Assembly: GCA_964016885.1 (NCBI GenBank)
Contig: OZ024743.1
Coordinates: 320,540,001 to 320,604,000 of the forward strand
Direction of reading: 5' to 3'
Length of the DNA: 64,000 bases
From: Eledone cirrhosa
Lineage: Eukaryota
The notes under the pieces were generated by a model. It saw only the letters and a program-made list of their open reading frames with translations, searched no databases and had not been told where the DNA came from. Position 1 is the first letter of the stretch. The number at the start of each line of letters is the position of its first letter. This document shows positions 12,620-25,343 of the stretch, in pieces. The translations under genes were made by a program, and so were the position numbers.

Positions 12620-13260
12620 GTACATATATTCATGCATACACATATATATGTACGTATGGGTTTACCGAACATTTATTATAATGTTCGGTTTACAAACATT
12701 TATTATAATGTTCGTTAAACCCATACGTTCATATATATGTGTGTGCATGTATGTATGTATATACATACTACTGTACGTCTGTATACATATATGTATGTAC
12801 GTATACATACTTGTATTTAAGTAACAGCCGTACTAAGAGTGAGAAATGAAATTTCATTTCTTCCATTTATCGTTTTCGGTACGCCCAGCCGACTAACTCA
12901 CTCAATATGCAAATTAGGCTGCTCAGCCGTTAATATGCATAAGGAAAGTATATACTTTTAAACGTTCAATTGACTGACAGGAAGGTATACGGTGCTATGA
13001 CTGCTAATAAGCTAGAAACTAGTTCATCGTTTCTTTGTCAGTGTTGAACAAAAGGGCAACGAGGGTTGCCGAACACTGTACGGCTTAATTCGAGCTGTTT
13101 GTTAACAAACAAACTGAACATTATAATAAATGTTCGTTAAACCCATACGTACATATATATATATGTGTGCATGTATGTATGTATATACATACTACTGTAC
13201 GTCTGTATACATGTATCTATGTACGTATACATACTTGTATTTATATATATATATATATAC
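12620..13260 (+). mobile_element. Octamer+HHR non-autonomous element, retrozyme-like, decayed core
   Basis: Homologous to 60035-60425; TATGCAAATTAG at 12906-12917; HHR 12989-13030 with a 1-nt core deletion (CTATGA); inverted and direct copies of its end at 12620-12820. Confidence 0.68.
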
Positions 13261-14294
13261 ACATATACACATATATGTAAGTATCTATGTATGTATAATT
13301 TTAAACAAGAGTATCTATGTATGGACATACGTATAAGTATGTGTTGCTATAGGAGTCGATCGAGGCAGGAGTAGGGATTGTGAGTGTGTAGGGGGTGGTT
13401 TACCTTGGGCTCGGTGTGGCGGGGCTACTGTCTCTATAGCTTGAGGGTAGTTCCCATCCCAATGTGTTGTTATTGTCCATATAGCTTGAGGAAGGTCCCG
13501 GTCCTGAGGTGTCTACATGTACCGAAGAAGTCGGTCTAGAGGTTTATTAGGCTGCTTCCACCGCTGAGTATCTCGAGGGTCTCGCTCAGACATAGTTTGC
13601 AGATACCAGATCCCCCCGCCTACTTCGTCGAGTGCTCCAATTTGCATACTGAGGTGTCGGTAAACAACCAACATATACTAAAAAAAAAATATATATATAT
13701 ATATATATATGACAAGTAAGTTTGTTTTGAAACAGCGAGCGAAGTTCGAAATGTTAGTAGAAATAGAAGCTTTCACCGAGTTTTTGGCTAGAGAAATTTT
13801 AGCCTGATAGTGGGGTTTAAAATCTTCTAAAAATTGGAAAATAATGAGTATTGACGTACATGCACGTCAATACTCATCCTTGTGTATGTATGTGAGTGTG
13901 TGTGTGTGTTTGTGAGCTTGTGCCTGTATGTGTGTATATACGTATATATATGTTTTCTTGGTGAGACAGAGACAATATGCTTTAGGATTATTCAAGTATT
14001 CGAAACGAAATAGATTTGTCACGTTCTCAATATGTTTTTGAACTTAAATGATGGAATGTCTAGAGATACAAATTCCAGATAAAACGATGCTATTTAAAAT
14101 AGCTTTCATCATTTTACACGAGAATCTGAAGCAACAAATGTCACGTCGACAAAAGGATTGTGATATGATGAGAAGGTGATTACAAGAGACCGAAAGACAA
14201 ACCAAAGTTATACGAATACAAGATCCTCTAAACCGGACACAAGAGACCAAACAACAAACCAAAGTTATACGAACATAATTGTTTCTATGTTAGC

Positions 14295-14390
14295 CACAAG
14301 GCCAGCAATTATCCAGTGTATTACTGGTACTTTATTTTATCGACCCCGTAAGGATGAAAGGCAAAGTTAACCTCGGCGGGATTTGAACAT
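14295..14390 (-). mobile_element. tRNA-derived SINE fragment
   Basis: Reverse complement of the gttcaaatcccgccgagg..ctttgcctttcatccttacggggtcgataaaataaagtaccag core. Confidence 0.8.
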
Positions 14391-14869
14391 AATATACGAA
14401 CATAATATTGGCTGTTAATCATTCAAAAGGGACTAAGAACTTTGAAAGAACTAATGAATGGAACATTTGAATACAATCCATGTAACAATGACAAGTATCA
14501 ATAAAAAAATGTGCATTGGTCGAATGTCTTCGATATGTCTGAAGTAAAATGCAACGATATTTGGTAGAAAAACGCCCAAACGTTGTAGTGAAACTTGCAA
14601 AGTAAATATATCGGTTATAGAAGGCTTAGAAACTTGCCTGTCGTTGATAATGAAAAGAAGCTCCAATGGGCTGCTCTACTAATCTTTGAGCAATGTAAGA
14701 AAATATACTTCATTTTTCTAAATAGTATACTAATAATGAGACTTCATGGATATATGCCAACATTTATGTTATCCTACCCAGATGATGGTCTATATATATA
14801 TATATATTCCTCTGCTAATAAGGAGGTCCAATTTCTAGTGGATCCATAATCATTAAAGTGTTTTACAAC

Positions 14870-17560
14870 AGCTTTTACGCATACAGAAAAATGAATGTGA
14901 TCTTCTACTTCAAACCACAAAACTTCCAAATCAATTTGCTGTTAATATTTGTGCAACAATTGAAACTGAACGTCGTAATTTTCTTCGTTATAACCTAAAA
15001 CAAAACAACTAAGATTTAGAGACTACAAATATATGAAGGATGCTGTTGAGATATATGGTCGTGTAAATGATTTTAGTCACTTGGTGATATGACATTACAT
15101 TCATCTTTCATCGGCGATCCGACATACATATGTGATAATATACAGATTCGTTTGAAAGTTCAAATGATGATGACTCTGATATACAAAGGAGATATATTTG
15201 GTTCTCTGCTGTCAGATGTTATATGTACTCTGTTAAATGACAGAAGATGCGACTTTCACAGTGACGCCCGGGTTTGATTGAAATGAAAATTAAATTTGAT
15301 CAAACAGTTTGATTCATCAGTGGGAAGCTGCCAAACCTGGAAGAGGGTTATAAACTTCTTTAAGATCATCAAAAACGACTACAGCTACATGGAGCATATT
15401 TCAATTTCAACAAAATTTCTCTACGTATGAAGGATAGAAAATGTTTCGAAAGATAACCTAGATCACTGAGGCTGAAAAGCTCAAATCGGGCAAGATGAAT
15501 GTCTTATCTACCAGAGGGAAAGCTCAACTAATAGAATATTATTTACCAAAAATAAACAAATAGCTGCCCTCTTCTGTGCTAGAGACTTGATTCTCACATA
15601 AATGTCGAATTCTGAATCTCACTGAAAAGCATCATGTAAATATCTGCAAATAAATGAACACGAGAAGTGACCAATCTGTCATTCTGATTGAAAAGAACCA
15701 CAATTAAGCTTCGTGAAGAATCTTCAACTTTTCTATTTAGGAACGATATCCAGATAATTATTACAAGGTTTGCATCTCCGAAGACAATGGAACAATGCTA
15801 TTGATTCCATAAAAACAACACTCACTACATTCTCCGGACAGGGGTGTTTGGAAAGTCACTGCTGTCCAATCAATTCTCACGTGGAATCAACTAGCTTGTA
15901 AAGAGCATTGGATGACGTATATCCAATGATTAAGACAAGCAATCCACTTGAAAGTTGATAAAGTTAATTCAAAAACAGTAAATGTGTCTTCTTTCGGCTG
16001 CTGCTATACACAACTAAAGGGCCAACTTCATTTCAGTCTTTCATAACTGTAAAAGGAACAGTTTACGATCCATATTGCCACCAACATGGATTACTTGATG
16101 ATTCACGTTAAGATGACCCTCTAAACGAAGCAGAAGCTACAAAACCCTCTCCGCGCATGAGAAATCTATTTGCAATCATGCTTTTGGGATTTGAGAGAAT
16201 TGTATGGAAAGCATGTCAGAAGATAACATGAAGAAGTTTCAATCAGAAAGTCTGAGAGTTGAGTTAATTCTTTATGTCTATTTTTATTGTTGCTATCCTG
16301 CAACTCAAAAACGAAATTATCACGCTAAACAGAAAAAAGTCGTAAACAGTTTGAAATGTTTCAACCATTTGAACAATTGTTCACTTAATATTTAGTGTGC
16401 AATACTGAGAGAAATATGCCCACAATGTTGAAACGTTGAAACATTCAATGACTTTGTTAATATCATTACTGAATGTGTGTTCCCAGCTACCTACAACAAA
16501 ATATTGCAAAGGGCAAAACAAAAATGGACTTACCTTTTTAGACCCAACTTGAGGAGCATGAAAGACTAAATTCTAGATGTAATGGGCAAAGAGACAAATA
16601 TTGCCATGATTTTATCTTCATATGATATTGTTGTAAGATTGTTGGAAGAAGAAAGAACAGCAAATTCAATACGCAAACTGCCATTGGATCTTGCAACAAG
16701 AGTAAATATAATAAACACTAAGAAACTAATTGGACTTGCAAAAGTTTTGGATATGCGCAAACTCGCTGTTTTGGACGACTGTAGTAGAGAACTGAAGACA
16801 CTCATTGTGATATCATAACTATGGCAGCAAGTTACGAAGATTGGTTAACAAGCCAACGTCAGAGTGATTTTATAAGGAATGAGAGCTGGTGCGTTTTCTG
16901 AATTATATCTCAAAATTAGAAATGGACAAACCTCTAGTGCTAGTTAGCAGAATGTTCAGAGAAATCTGTAAAAATAATTGGACAAATCCAAGGCAAAATT
17001 TTATCCAAATCTATGTCTGAAATTCTTCAACGAAATTTGGTTGAGTGAAAGGGTAATCCTTGCTTTTAAGAATGAGATGGCTCAACATATTAATTATTCT
17101 TCGAAATATTCCAGGTGACTCATGAATATGTAAGTTTTTTGACAATGTGACAAGGTGATGAAACAGTAGTCAATTATCTAATCAATGTCTGAACTATTTA
17201 GAACCTGCTGGGATGTCTTCACACAAGTTGACAAAAGTTGGATCACAAAACATATGTAACAGACCAGAATTGGTTGCGAAACAGACACTACCAAATCTCA
17301 TCGAAGTAATCACTATCATTTTTTTATGGCAAAGAAACAACTGGTTCCTACCAGGGAGCCCAATCATGTAAACAGTTCTTCACATCGACCGCTTAAGGCT
17401 TCAGTTTCCTGTGTGTTGAGCTTTGCAATATCAATCAACAAATATCAAAGATAGTCTTTGAAATTTGCAGAGCTCAATCTTGTCATGCATTCCTTTTTCC
17501 ACTCGCAACTCTATGTTGATTGATATAAAGTTGGAAATCCATCCAGAGTAACCAAATAAC
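14870..17560 (+). pseudogene. Highly decayed Helitron Rep/PIF1-helicase remnant
   Basis: Broken-frame motifs FYAYR, IETER..F.R.N, SSFIGDP.Y, TANS..KLPL, WLSERVILA.KN, LEPAG, RLQFPV..FAISINK, FFHSQLYV. Confidence 0.72.
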
Positions 17561-18003
17561 AATTATTATGCAAAAACACTATTGCAGACAGGCAGCAAAA
17601 ATATGATAACGTTAAGGAGAGAAAGAGGTAACGCAGGGGCATGAGCCAACGATGAGGTGACAGAATTAATAAATTAGTTAAATAACCAACAGGTTTGGGG
17701 TTTATAAGTGATAAATAGTAAAACCGAAGAGTAATTTAACCGATGCGTGTATTATAATTTACATGATGTCCGTACCAAGGCAAGACATTATCTTCACAGG
17801 TTTTAGAAATTATTCCATCCTTATCAGGTGATAACTAACATTTTAAACGTTTACACTTCCAGATTTTTATATTACATTTATATTACCTCATTCAATATAC
17901 AATGTGTTCTGCATAGAATTTTATTATTTAATTAATTACATTATCTAACAAATGCATATGCAAATTAGACTGCTTGATATAAATAGCGCTACTATTAAGG
18001 CAA

Positions 18004-18079
18004 AATATTCTGCGATAGACAGAGTAATAGGAGTAATTATCTTCTAAAAAGGATGTTACTTTCTGAAATGCATAAAATT
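18004..18079 (+). ncRNA. Degenerate hammerhead-like motif downstream of an octamer
   Basis: aatatt-CTGCGA (1 nt short)-long hairpin-GAAA-tgca-TA-aaatt; TATGCAAATTAGACTGC at 17957. Confidence 0.4.
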
Positions 18080-18276
18080 AATCAGCGTCAAACTGTTTGA
18101 GAAAGCTGGCCCATTTTGAATTACAGTTACAACTCATTTATGCCAGTTGAATTGACTGCTATGAAATGAAATAAAATGTTTGTTTATAGACAAATCGCTA
18201 GATCAGAAATGTGTCTCCGAAAATACAATCGTAATGCCAGCAGCCTATCCAAAAGCCACTCCCCCTCTCCCTCTCA

Positions 18277-18308
<32 letters not shown>

Positions 18309-18756
18309 CACTATCCTCTATCTATCTATCTCTTTCTATCTCACTCTCTCTCGCCCCCTCTCTCTCCCCCTCTCTCTCCCTCTCTCTATATATATATTAT
18401 TTAAAATATTTCCTTTGTCTAACATTTTTAATGACCCGCCAAAAACCGGGGGTTATTTCCCTTGCTGGAGTTACCACGTGACAGCTATAAATACGATACG
18501 CTGCATCTAGCAGCAACATTTAGCCTATCACCCCTGTTCTGGGTAGAACGAAAACCTGCTGAAAAACTGAATCCTCTGTTCGATCATGAATACCACGAGC
18601 TTGCCAGTCACGTAAGTCTGATATTTGATTTAGGGTTCAAAGAAACACTTTGAACGTATAATCGTTTGATTTGTCCAGGTGTATTTTTCTCAACCTGTTA
18701 GTTCCATCGTTAGATTTTGCCTACCACAATGTTCGATTTGTCAAGCTATTTAAACG

Positions 18757-18837
<81 letters not shown>

Positions 18838-18839
18838 AC

Positions 18840-18911
<72 letters not shown>

Positions 18912-19812
18912 ATTTCTCCTCTTTCGGTAAATTAAATTACTCGGAGTGGCTTGCTCTGCCCCAGTCCCACCGCGCCACCTGTTTTGGCCGCGTAATTATA
19001 CCTGTACCTACAAACTCCAGGTTTGGGCACAACTATTAGCTTTATCATGCCTCTATTGACACGTAATGTCTTTTGACCCCTAATGTGTGATTTAATAGTA
19101 TTCGTGGTATAGACGATGGCCTGTCGAAATTGTGGGGTTCCCGCTAGCGATCCCGGAGCCAAAGTTAGCTACGTTCCTAGAGTACTCGGAAAAATTAATT
19201 TCCATTTCTTTCGCTGGACGATACCACCTGAGACTGGCTGACTCACGGTGGTGGGTGTGCTGGCTGGGACTACCAATCGAAATCATTACTCTATATCCCA
19301 TCCTAATATCTTATCGAGTTAAATAAAAAAAAATGTTCATATAAGACTCTCTCCGTAAGTTCGTTAAATAAATCTCGCTACCTCTATTTTTCAAATTACC
19401 ACTTTGCAATATAATATTTTAAATTTAATTTATTTCATCCTATAACTCGCAACATAAGTTTAGCGTTCCAATCTTCGGTTCACACATTAGACCATACAGA
19501 CACCCACTATAGATTCTTTGGGTAGCATTTTTTTCGCGGCATTTTCTAACATGAATGTAGTTTGACCCTTACACTACACTTCTTTCTCCCTTTCTTTCTT
19601 TCTTTCTTCCTCTTCTTCTTTGACGGAGTGGTGGTAGTATATGATAGGCCTGCGCCCCCTTACCAGATATTCATTGGTAGTTTTCGGTTGCCAACACCTT
19701 GAGGGCGGCTGGCTGTGAAGCTAGTTGGTCAGCAGCCCTCTCTGTCTCTGGTTTCTCGGACCCATGGTTTTTCGGACCCATGGCTTTTTACATATTCCTT
19801 TGTTATATTCCA

Positions 19813-19870
19813 ATACCTGATGATATCACCGGATTCATATGGAACCCGGTCATTGAAATGATCATAGTAT
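19813..19870 (+). ncRNA. Type I hammerhead ribozyme
   Basis: atac-CTGATGA-tatcaccgg..ccggtcatt-GAAA-tgatca-TA-gtat. Confidence 0.78.
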
Positions 19871-20060
19871 AATAAACCTTTCAAGGATTTACACCAGTCC
19901 AGCCTCCTATTATTTCATTTATATATATAGAGAGACTGTAAAACATTGATGTAATTCAATTCGAGAACTCAACGGGCATTTTCCACATAGGAATAACGGA
20001 GTATTTTTAGAATAAGGAAATACAAAGTAATTTAGATGTTAAAGTCCTTTATTGATAAGG

Positions 20061-20135
20061 CCGTGATACATATTTCGATGACGACAGTGGCCACGCGATT
20101 CTGCATGTACCCAGTGTCATGATCTCATCAGACAG
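20061..20135 (-). ncRNA. Type I hammerhead ribozyme with long stem II
   Basis: ctgt-CTGATGA-gatcatgacactgg..ccactgtcgtcatc-GAAA-tatgta-TC-acgg; lies within an element with inverted ends (20017-20057 vs 20529-20571). Confidence 0.8.
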
Positions 20136-20572
20136 TTTCTTATATAATCAGGAGGAAATCCAAAATTGAAGTGACAAGGAAACGGAAAAACACGATTTTT
20201 CATGAAGCGAATTCCCGTTCCCCAGTGAGGTTCAATTCACGCCCGCAGGTCTGCGCATGTGTAAATGTTGGATATGTAGCTGACTACTATCGCAAACCAT
20301 AGCAAACTATCGTACGAAGTTCCCTCCTATGGAACTAATTGAATCCCTACCACTGGACGAATTTGAAATGTTGAACAAACTTTCGACTGGATAAATAAGT
20401 AGAACTAAAAGCAACAAAGAACCCCTTGTTTTTCCTGCATATCGCATTGAAGACGATATTAACTTATTCTGTTTAAATTTTCACGCTCCACACTTTAGGC
20501 TATATTCCTTATTTACTTAAAACTAGGTTCATCAACAAAGGACTTTAACATCTAAACTTCTTTGTATTTACT

Positions 20573-20612
<40 letters not shown>

Positions 20613-20634
20613 AGGTTTACACACACTCACACAC

Positions 20635-20683
<49 letters not shown>

Positions 20684-21057
20684 TGTGTGTGTGTGAGTGT
20701 GTGTGTGTGTGTGTGTGTTTTGCAACGGGTCACTTTGTGACTCAATGAAGAGTTAATAAATTAAATAATCAGAGCTATATATCATAAAACATGTTTATAG
20801 AATCACCAGATAAAATATATATCATTTCATCTCCCAAATAACATAATTAACCATATAAAAAATCGATTAGACCAAGCTATAAGAATAAAGGCTTCTATGA
20901 AGAAATATCCGACAAATAACCGAAAGCATCTCTTCGCGTCGGTTGCGACGGAATATTTATGGAGTATTTCGACAGCGTGTATGAATCGCTCAGATATACA
21001 GTCAACCAAACATAATTAGGTGTAAAATAAACTAGGAGAAAAGTGAACATATTTAGT

Positions 21058-21135
21058 ACCTCTACCATGGTTTCGTCCGCATTTTAAGATATCCGATAGC
21101 ATCGGACACCTAGAGCACCGTACTCTTCAGGAAAT
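21058..21135 (-). ncRNA. Type I hammerhead ribozyme
   Basis: atttc-CTGAAGA-gtacg..aggtgtccgat gct atcggatatct..cggac-GAAA-ccatgg-TA-gaggt; inverted repeat 20779-20829 vs 21131-21182. Confidence 0.78.
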
Positions 21136-21174
21136 GGTATATATTGTATCTGGTGATTCTATAGACATGTTTTA

Positions 21175-21255
<81 letters not shown>

Positions 21256-21257
21256 CA

Positions 21258-21311
<54 letters not shown>

Positions 21312-21321
21312 CATACATACA

Positions 21322-21352
<31 letters not shown>

Positions 21353-22338
21353 GTACGAATGTCTTTGTGTGTGTCTGTCTGTGTGCATTTGTGAGTGTAA
21401 GTTCAGGTGTGTATTTATATTGATATGATATTGATGATCTGCGTTGCCACTTTCTAAGCTAGAAGTCTTGTGTAATATATAAGATGATTTTTCCTAGATA
21501 CAATCAATATATGTAAACCCAACTAATATATGAAGCACAGGTGTTGTATGAGATGTATTACACACAGACACTAGATTATATATAGGCGTATATATTATAT
21601 ATACTGGGACATGTGCATATGGTTATGTGTATACGTGAGTTTTGCGTCTGTGTGAGTATGCGGGTTCGTACGTATGTAGAGTGTGTGTATATGTATACTT
21701 GTGTTTTGGTTGACGTGCGTTTAGTGAACATATGTGTTTTTACATGTAGCTATGTGTGTGCGCGCGTTATATACGTGTTTATGTGTGTATATTTATATAC
21801 GTTTATATAATTATATGTATACACGCACACACACAAACATATATATATATATTTTTTTATATATATTTTCATGTGTATTTGGTGTATACGTTCGTATATG
21901 TGCGGGTACAGGCGTTGCGTGGGTTCTGTATCTGCGTGCGTGTTTTTTCGTGTACGGGCTTGTATTTTCATACCCATGGCAGTTGTTTTCGCGTATGCAT
22001 GTGTATCTACATATATGGATGCGTGCATGTATATATTTAATTTTTGTTGATTTCAATTACTTCTGTAATTTATTTACATTATTCTTAACTCTGAAACCGA
22101 GAATCATTCGGTTTCCGAAATAAAATTTTAGTCTACGACTTCAGTTATACCATAAACGTGGTTTTGTCTTTGCGTGTAATTGTTTTCACCGCTCCAAATA
22201 ATGACGTATTATCTTCGTTTTTTTCAGTTCTTTGTCAGGAAACGTTTCCACGAACCAAAGTATCGTCTTCCTGTGTTCCTTCAGTTGCAACGTTTTTCGA
22301 AATATTTACTTCTGCGTTCACAGATTGTTTTTTTTTTT

Positions 22339-22389
22339 AGTTTCAGAAGATCCCGTTAAGGGTGAAAGCAGCGATTCTTTGCTTAAACT
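22339..22389 (+). ncRNA. Hammerhead-like motif with U4A core
   Basis: agttt-CAGAAGA-tccc gttaa gggt-GAAA-gca..tgc-TT-aaact; repeated at 26609-26659(+) and inverted at ~26540-26590. Confidence 0.5.
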
Positions 22390-22477
22390 TTAATCTGTTA
22401 TTTATAAACCGGTTTTTAGAGTCATACTGGTTTTCGAGGAAACACCTTTCCTCTATTCTCCAGAGAGCCAGACAGGA

Positions 22478-22520
22478 ATATTGGACTAGTTTCGATGTTA
22501 TTACATCTCATCAGCAATAT
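22478..22520 (-). ncRNA. Canonical minimal hammerhead ribozyme of the 465-bp unit
   Basis: atattg-CTGATGA-gatg taataa catc-GAAA-ctag-TC-caatat; direct copies at 22682-22720, 23134-23176 (G5A) and 23599-23641 (G5A). Confidence 0.9.
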
Positions 22521-23038
22521 ATACCCATCCTCCGGCCTCTCTAGAGAATCCTAAAAGCACATATCGTTATATGCTTTTTCTATGAAAATTAGTAGTGGGC
22601 AGACTAATTTGCATAGAGCGTGAGTACGTACCGGTTCAGCGGAAACGATAAAAACAAATAACGAAACGAAATTAAATTTCATGCTGATGAGATGTAATAA
22701 CATCGAAACTAGTCCAATATTCCTGTCGGGCTCTCTGGAGAATAGAGGAAAGGTGTTTCCAGTATGACTCTAAAAACCGGTTTGTCTGTGTGTTTACATA
22801 CGGACTAGCTGAACACTCACAGTAAAGTGTCCAGTGAAAAGCTCGGTACATGTACATATGTATACGTGTGTGTATTTATATGCATACTAGTATTTCAGTA
22901 TACATATGTGGATGTACACTTTTAACTTAATTATTTAAGCGTCAGTCATACAAAAGTGAGTTACAAACGAAACGAAATATAATTTCGTTTCGTTATTTGT
23001 TTTTATCGTTTCCGCTGAACCGGTACGTACTCACGCTC

Positions 23039-23050
23039 TATGCAAATTAG
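23039..23050 (+). promoter_or_regulatory. Octamer motif (TATGCAAATTAG) ~90 nt upstream of an HHR
   Basis: ATGCAAAT is the POU/Oct site; also at 12906, 17957, 22604(-), 23504, 30432 and 60354(-); function is inferred. Confidence 0.45.
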
Positions 23051-23862
23051 TCTGCCCACTACTAATTTTCTTAGAAAAAGCATATAACGATATGTGCTTT
23101 TAGGATTCTCTAGAGAGGCCGGAGGATGGGTATATATTGCTAATGAGATGTAATAACATCGAAACTAGTCCAATATTCCTGTCTGGCTCTCTGGAGAATA
23201 GAGGAAAGGTGTTTCCTCGAAAACCAGTATGACTCTAAAAACCGGTTTGTCTGTGTGTTTACATACGGACTAGCTGAACACTCACAGTAAAGTGTCCAGT
23301 GAAAAGCTCGGTACATGTACATATGTATACGTGTGTGTATTTATATGCATACTAGTATTTCAGTATACATATGTGGATGTACACTTTTAACTTAATTATT
23401 TAAGCGTCAGTCATACAAAAGTGAGTTACAAACGAAACGAAATATAATTTCGTTTCGTTATTTGTTTTTATCGTTTCCGCTGAACCGGTACGTACTCACG
23501 CTCTATGCAAATTAGTCTGCCCACTACTAATTTTCTTAGAAAAAGCATATAACGATATGTGCTTTTAGGATTCTCTAGAGAGGCCGGGGGATGGGTATAT
23601 ATTGCTAATGAGATGTAATAACATCGAAACTAGTCCAATATTCCTGTCTGGCTCTCTGGAGAATAGAGGAAAGGTGTTTCCTCGAAAACCAGTATGACTC
23701 TAAAAACCGGTTTGTCTGTGTGTTTACATACGGACTAGCTGAACACTCACAGTAAAGTGTCCAGTGAAAAGCTCGGTACATGTACATATGTATACGTGTG
23801 TGTATTTATATGCATACTAGTATTTCAGTATACATATGTGGATGTACACTTTTAACTTAATT

Positions 23863-23905
<43 letters not shown>

Positions 23906-24029
23906 TAGATAGATATATAAATATATATATATATATGAAGTATTTCCGTCGGAAAGGTAGAGGAAAAAAGAGTGCTCTATGTAGGCTACATAACTTATTA
24001 GTTATCTAATAAACAACACAAATAATTAT

Positions 24030-24090
24030 TTCATTTACCACTAGTTTCTTGAAGGCAGATGCTGCGTCTGTCTTCAGTCGTCAGAATGAA
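24030..24090 (-). ncRNA. Type I hammerhead ribozyme, family of 12065
   Basis: ttcatt-CTGACGA-ctgaagacaga..tctgccttcaa-GAAA-ctagtgg-TA-aatgaa. Confidence 0.75.
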
Positions 24091-24518
24091 TAAATAACAT
24101 GGTGTTTTTATTAAATATGGATTTGAAAACAAAATTTAGGAAATACGAAAGTGAGGCTGAAAAAAAAATGGACAAAAACGAAATAAGGGAAAAAATATAA
24201 AAAATATATATAAAAAAATAAATATCCAGAACAAAAACATACACACACTCAACTACGCGTATATACGTAATAGTACGTAGACGTATAATTTCCTTTTTCA
24301 CATAAGCGTATCTGCGTCTACATAGAAATACGAACAGGATTATAAATACATACACAAACATATACACAGATATATATATATACTCAAAAATATACACACA
24401 AATACACACGCACACATATAAACATACATACATACAAACACAAAAACACATAAACAAAAAGCTCTATACATACACGCATGTGTATATACACATACACACA
24501 TATATATAAATATCAATA

Positions 24519-24605
<87 letters not shown>

Positions 24606-24611
<6 letters not shown>

Positions 24612-25181
24612 AAAAAGAGATGAAATCGAAAATGCAACTGGAGTCTTATTTTTTTTTTAAATATATATATTTATTTGGTTCCTTTACCGGTTTCGCAGTT
24701 CTTCTGCTTTTCAAAAGCTGAGTTGAGATGGAGGGTCTGTGGTTTTTCTCACATCTGGTTGGTCTCTGAATGTTACTTGTTTTATATGGAAAACGTGGCT
24801 CGAAATGCCAGGTTTTTCGAGAAGTAATTTGATTGGTTTGTCAATAATTATAATAAATTTCGCGCCAGTTCGCGTTACAATAGTTCTTCAAATAAGGGAA
24901 CTATTGTAACGCGAACTGGCGCGAAATTTATTATAATTATTGACAAACCAATCAAATTACTTCTCGAAAAACCTGGCATTTCGAGCCATTTTTTGCCATA
25001 TAAAACAAGTAACATTCAGAGACCAACCAGATGTGAGAAAAACCACAGACCCTCCATCTCAACTCACCTTTTGAAAAGCAGAAGAACTGCGAAACCGGTA
25101 AAGGAACCAAATAAATATATATATATTTTTAAAAAAATAAGACTCCAGTTGCATTTTCGATTTCATCTCTATTTCTTTATA
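24606..25181. repeat. Foldback palindrome of the Neptune-like pLTR, with an HHR in each arm
   Basis: Arms meet at ~24886/24898; homologous to 9545-9795. Confidence 0.9.
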
Positions 25182-25236
25182 CTTTCACTCGTGTAGGACA
25201 CCTCGGTTATTTTTCATTTTGTAAAAAATACCTCAC

Positions 25237-25343
<107 letters not shown>

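Larger units (their letters stand above)
22406..23863 (+). mobile_element. Retrozyme-like tandem array of 465-bp units, one HHR per unit, with an inverted 5' partial copy
   Basis: HHR stem II gatg-taataa-catc at 22691, 23147 and 23612 (spacing 456 then 465; first unit has a 9-bp deletion); 22406-22673 is an inverted copy; no coding capacity. Confidence 0.88.

Noticed and set aside
22683-23863. Regular repeats as a CRISPR array or as repeated 60-aa genes
   Set aside because: Whole 465-bp units repeat with no unique spacers and no cas genes; the ORFs are incidental antisense frames
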